A stretch of 63,316 nt of DNA, counting the filler, from Octopus bimaculoides (Eukaryota): the NCBI RefSeq assembly GCF_001194135.2. It is 2 parts of 2 records of this genome, joined end to end, with 100 filler letters (N's around TTAATTAATTAA, not from the genome) between each part and the next. Parts side by side here need not be neighbours in the genome. Positions count along the whole stretch, not along the records: positions 31,548 to 63,316 come from NC_068988.1; 1 more part is not named here. One strand, 5' to 3'. The position numbers were made by a program, and so were the translations under genes. The notes beneath the pieces were generated by a model. The model was not told the DNA's origin. It was given only the letters and a program-made list of their open reading frames with translations, and searched no databases. Of this stretch, positions 63,077 through 63,316 are shown piece after piece; position 1 is the stretch's first letter, and every line of letters begins with the position of its first letter.

Positions 63077-63316
63077 CACTTTCAATCAATGTCTTTCCTT
63101 TCTCTCCCTCTCCACCCCACTGAATTACTCGTTGTGACTAATGGAGAGGACTGGTGTGCTGTGGTTTTGGAAAGCATTCCTTATTGAACTCTCACTCCTT
63201 CTCTCTCAAGCCCCTACTATCTGCTTTCTACATCTCTTACCCACTCTCCTCCTACTTTGTCTTCTACTCAAACTCTTCCCACTCCATCGACCGGAAAAAA
63301 GTAATAAAAAAATGTA

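Noticed and set aside
1-63316. The long ORFs in the supplied track (IYIY, HTHT, CVCV, LSLS, poly-X)
   Set aside because: They are translations of microsatellites and N gaps, not genes.

Overview
This is eukaryotic, AT-rich, microsatellite-saturated draft-genome DNA with many N gaps. Its SINE, mariner and Penelope repertoire looks like an octopod cephalopod (probably Octopus; this is inference from repeat families I recall). I recognise no intact protein-coding gene, rRNA, true tRNA or CRISPR array. Nearly all ORFs in the supplied track are translations of (CA)n, (TA)n, (GA)n, (AAT)n or N runs. The window reads as intronic or intergenic sequence filled with decayed mobile elements: two abundant tRNA-derived SINE families, four large mariner relics, RTE, CR1, R4/Dong and Penelope retroelement fragments, hAT relics and several MITE-like palindromes. 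The most striking structure is at 45,747-46,665. A SINE with a tRNA-like head, an (AAT)n middle and a minimal hammerhead-ribozyme tail sits there as a head-to-head inverted pair. The pair is flanked by a single 12-13 bp target-site duplication, lies inside a mariner transposase gene, and its left arm carries an R4/Dong 3' end. A weakly supported chain of small minus-strand exons may mark a host gene. An artificial 100-bp scaffold-join spacer at 31,448-31,547 means the two halves of the window may not be natively contiguous.
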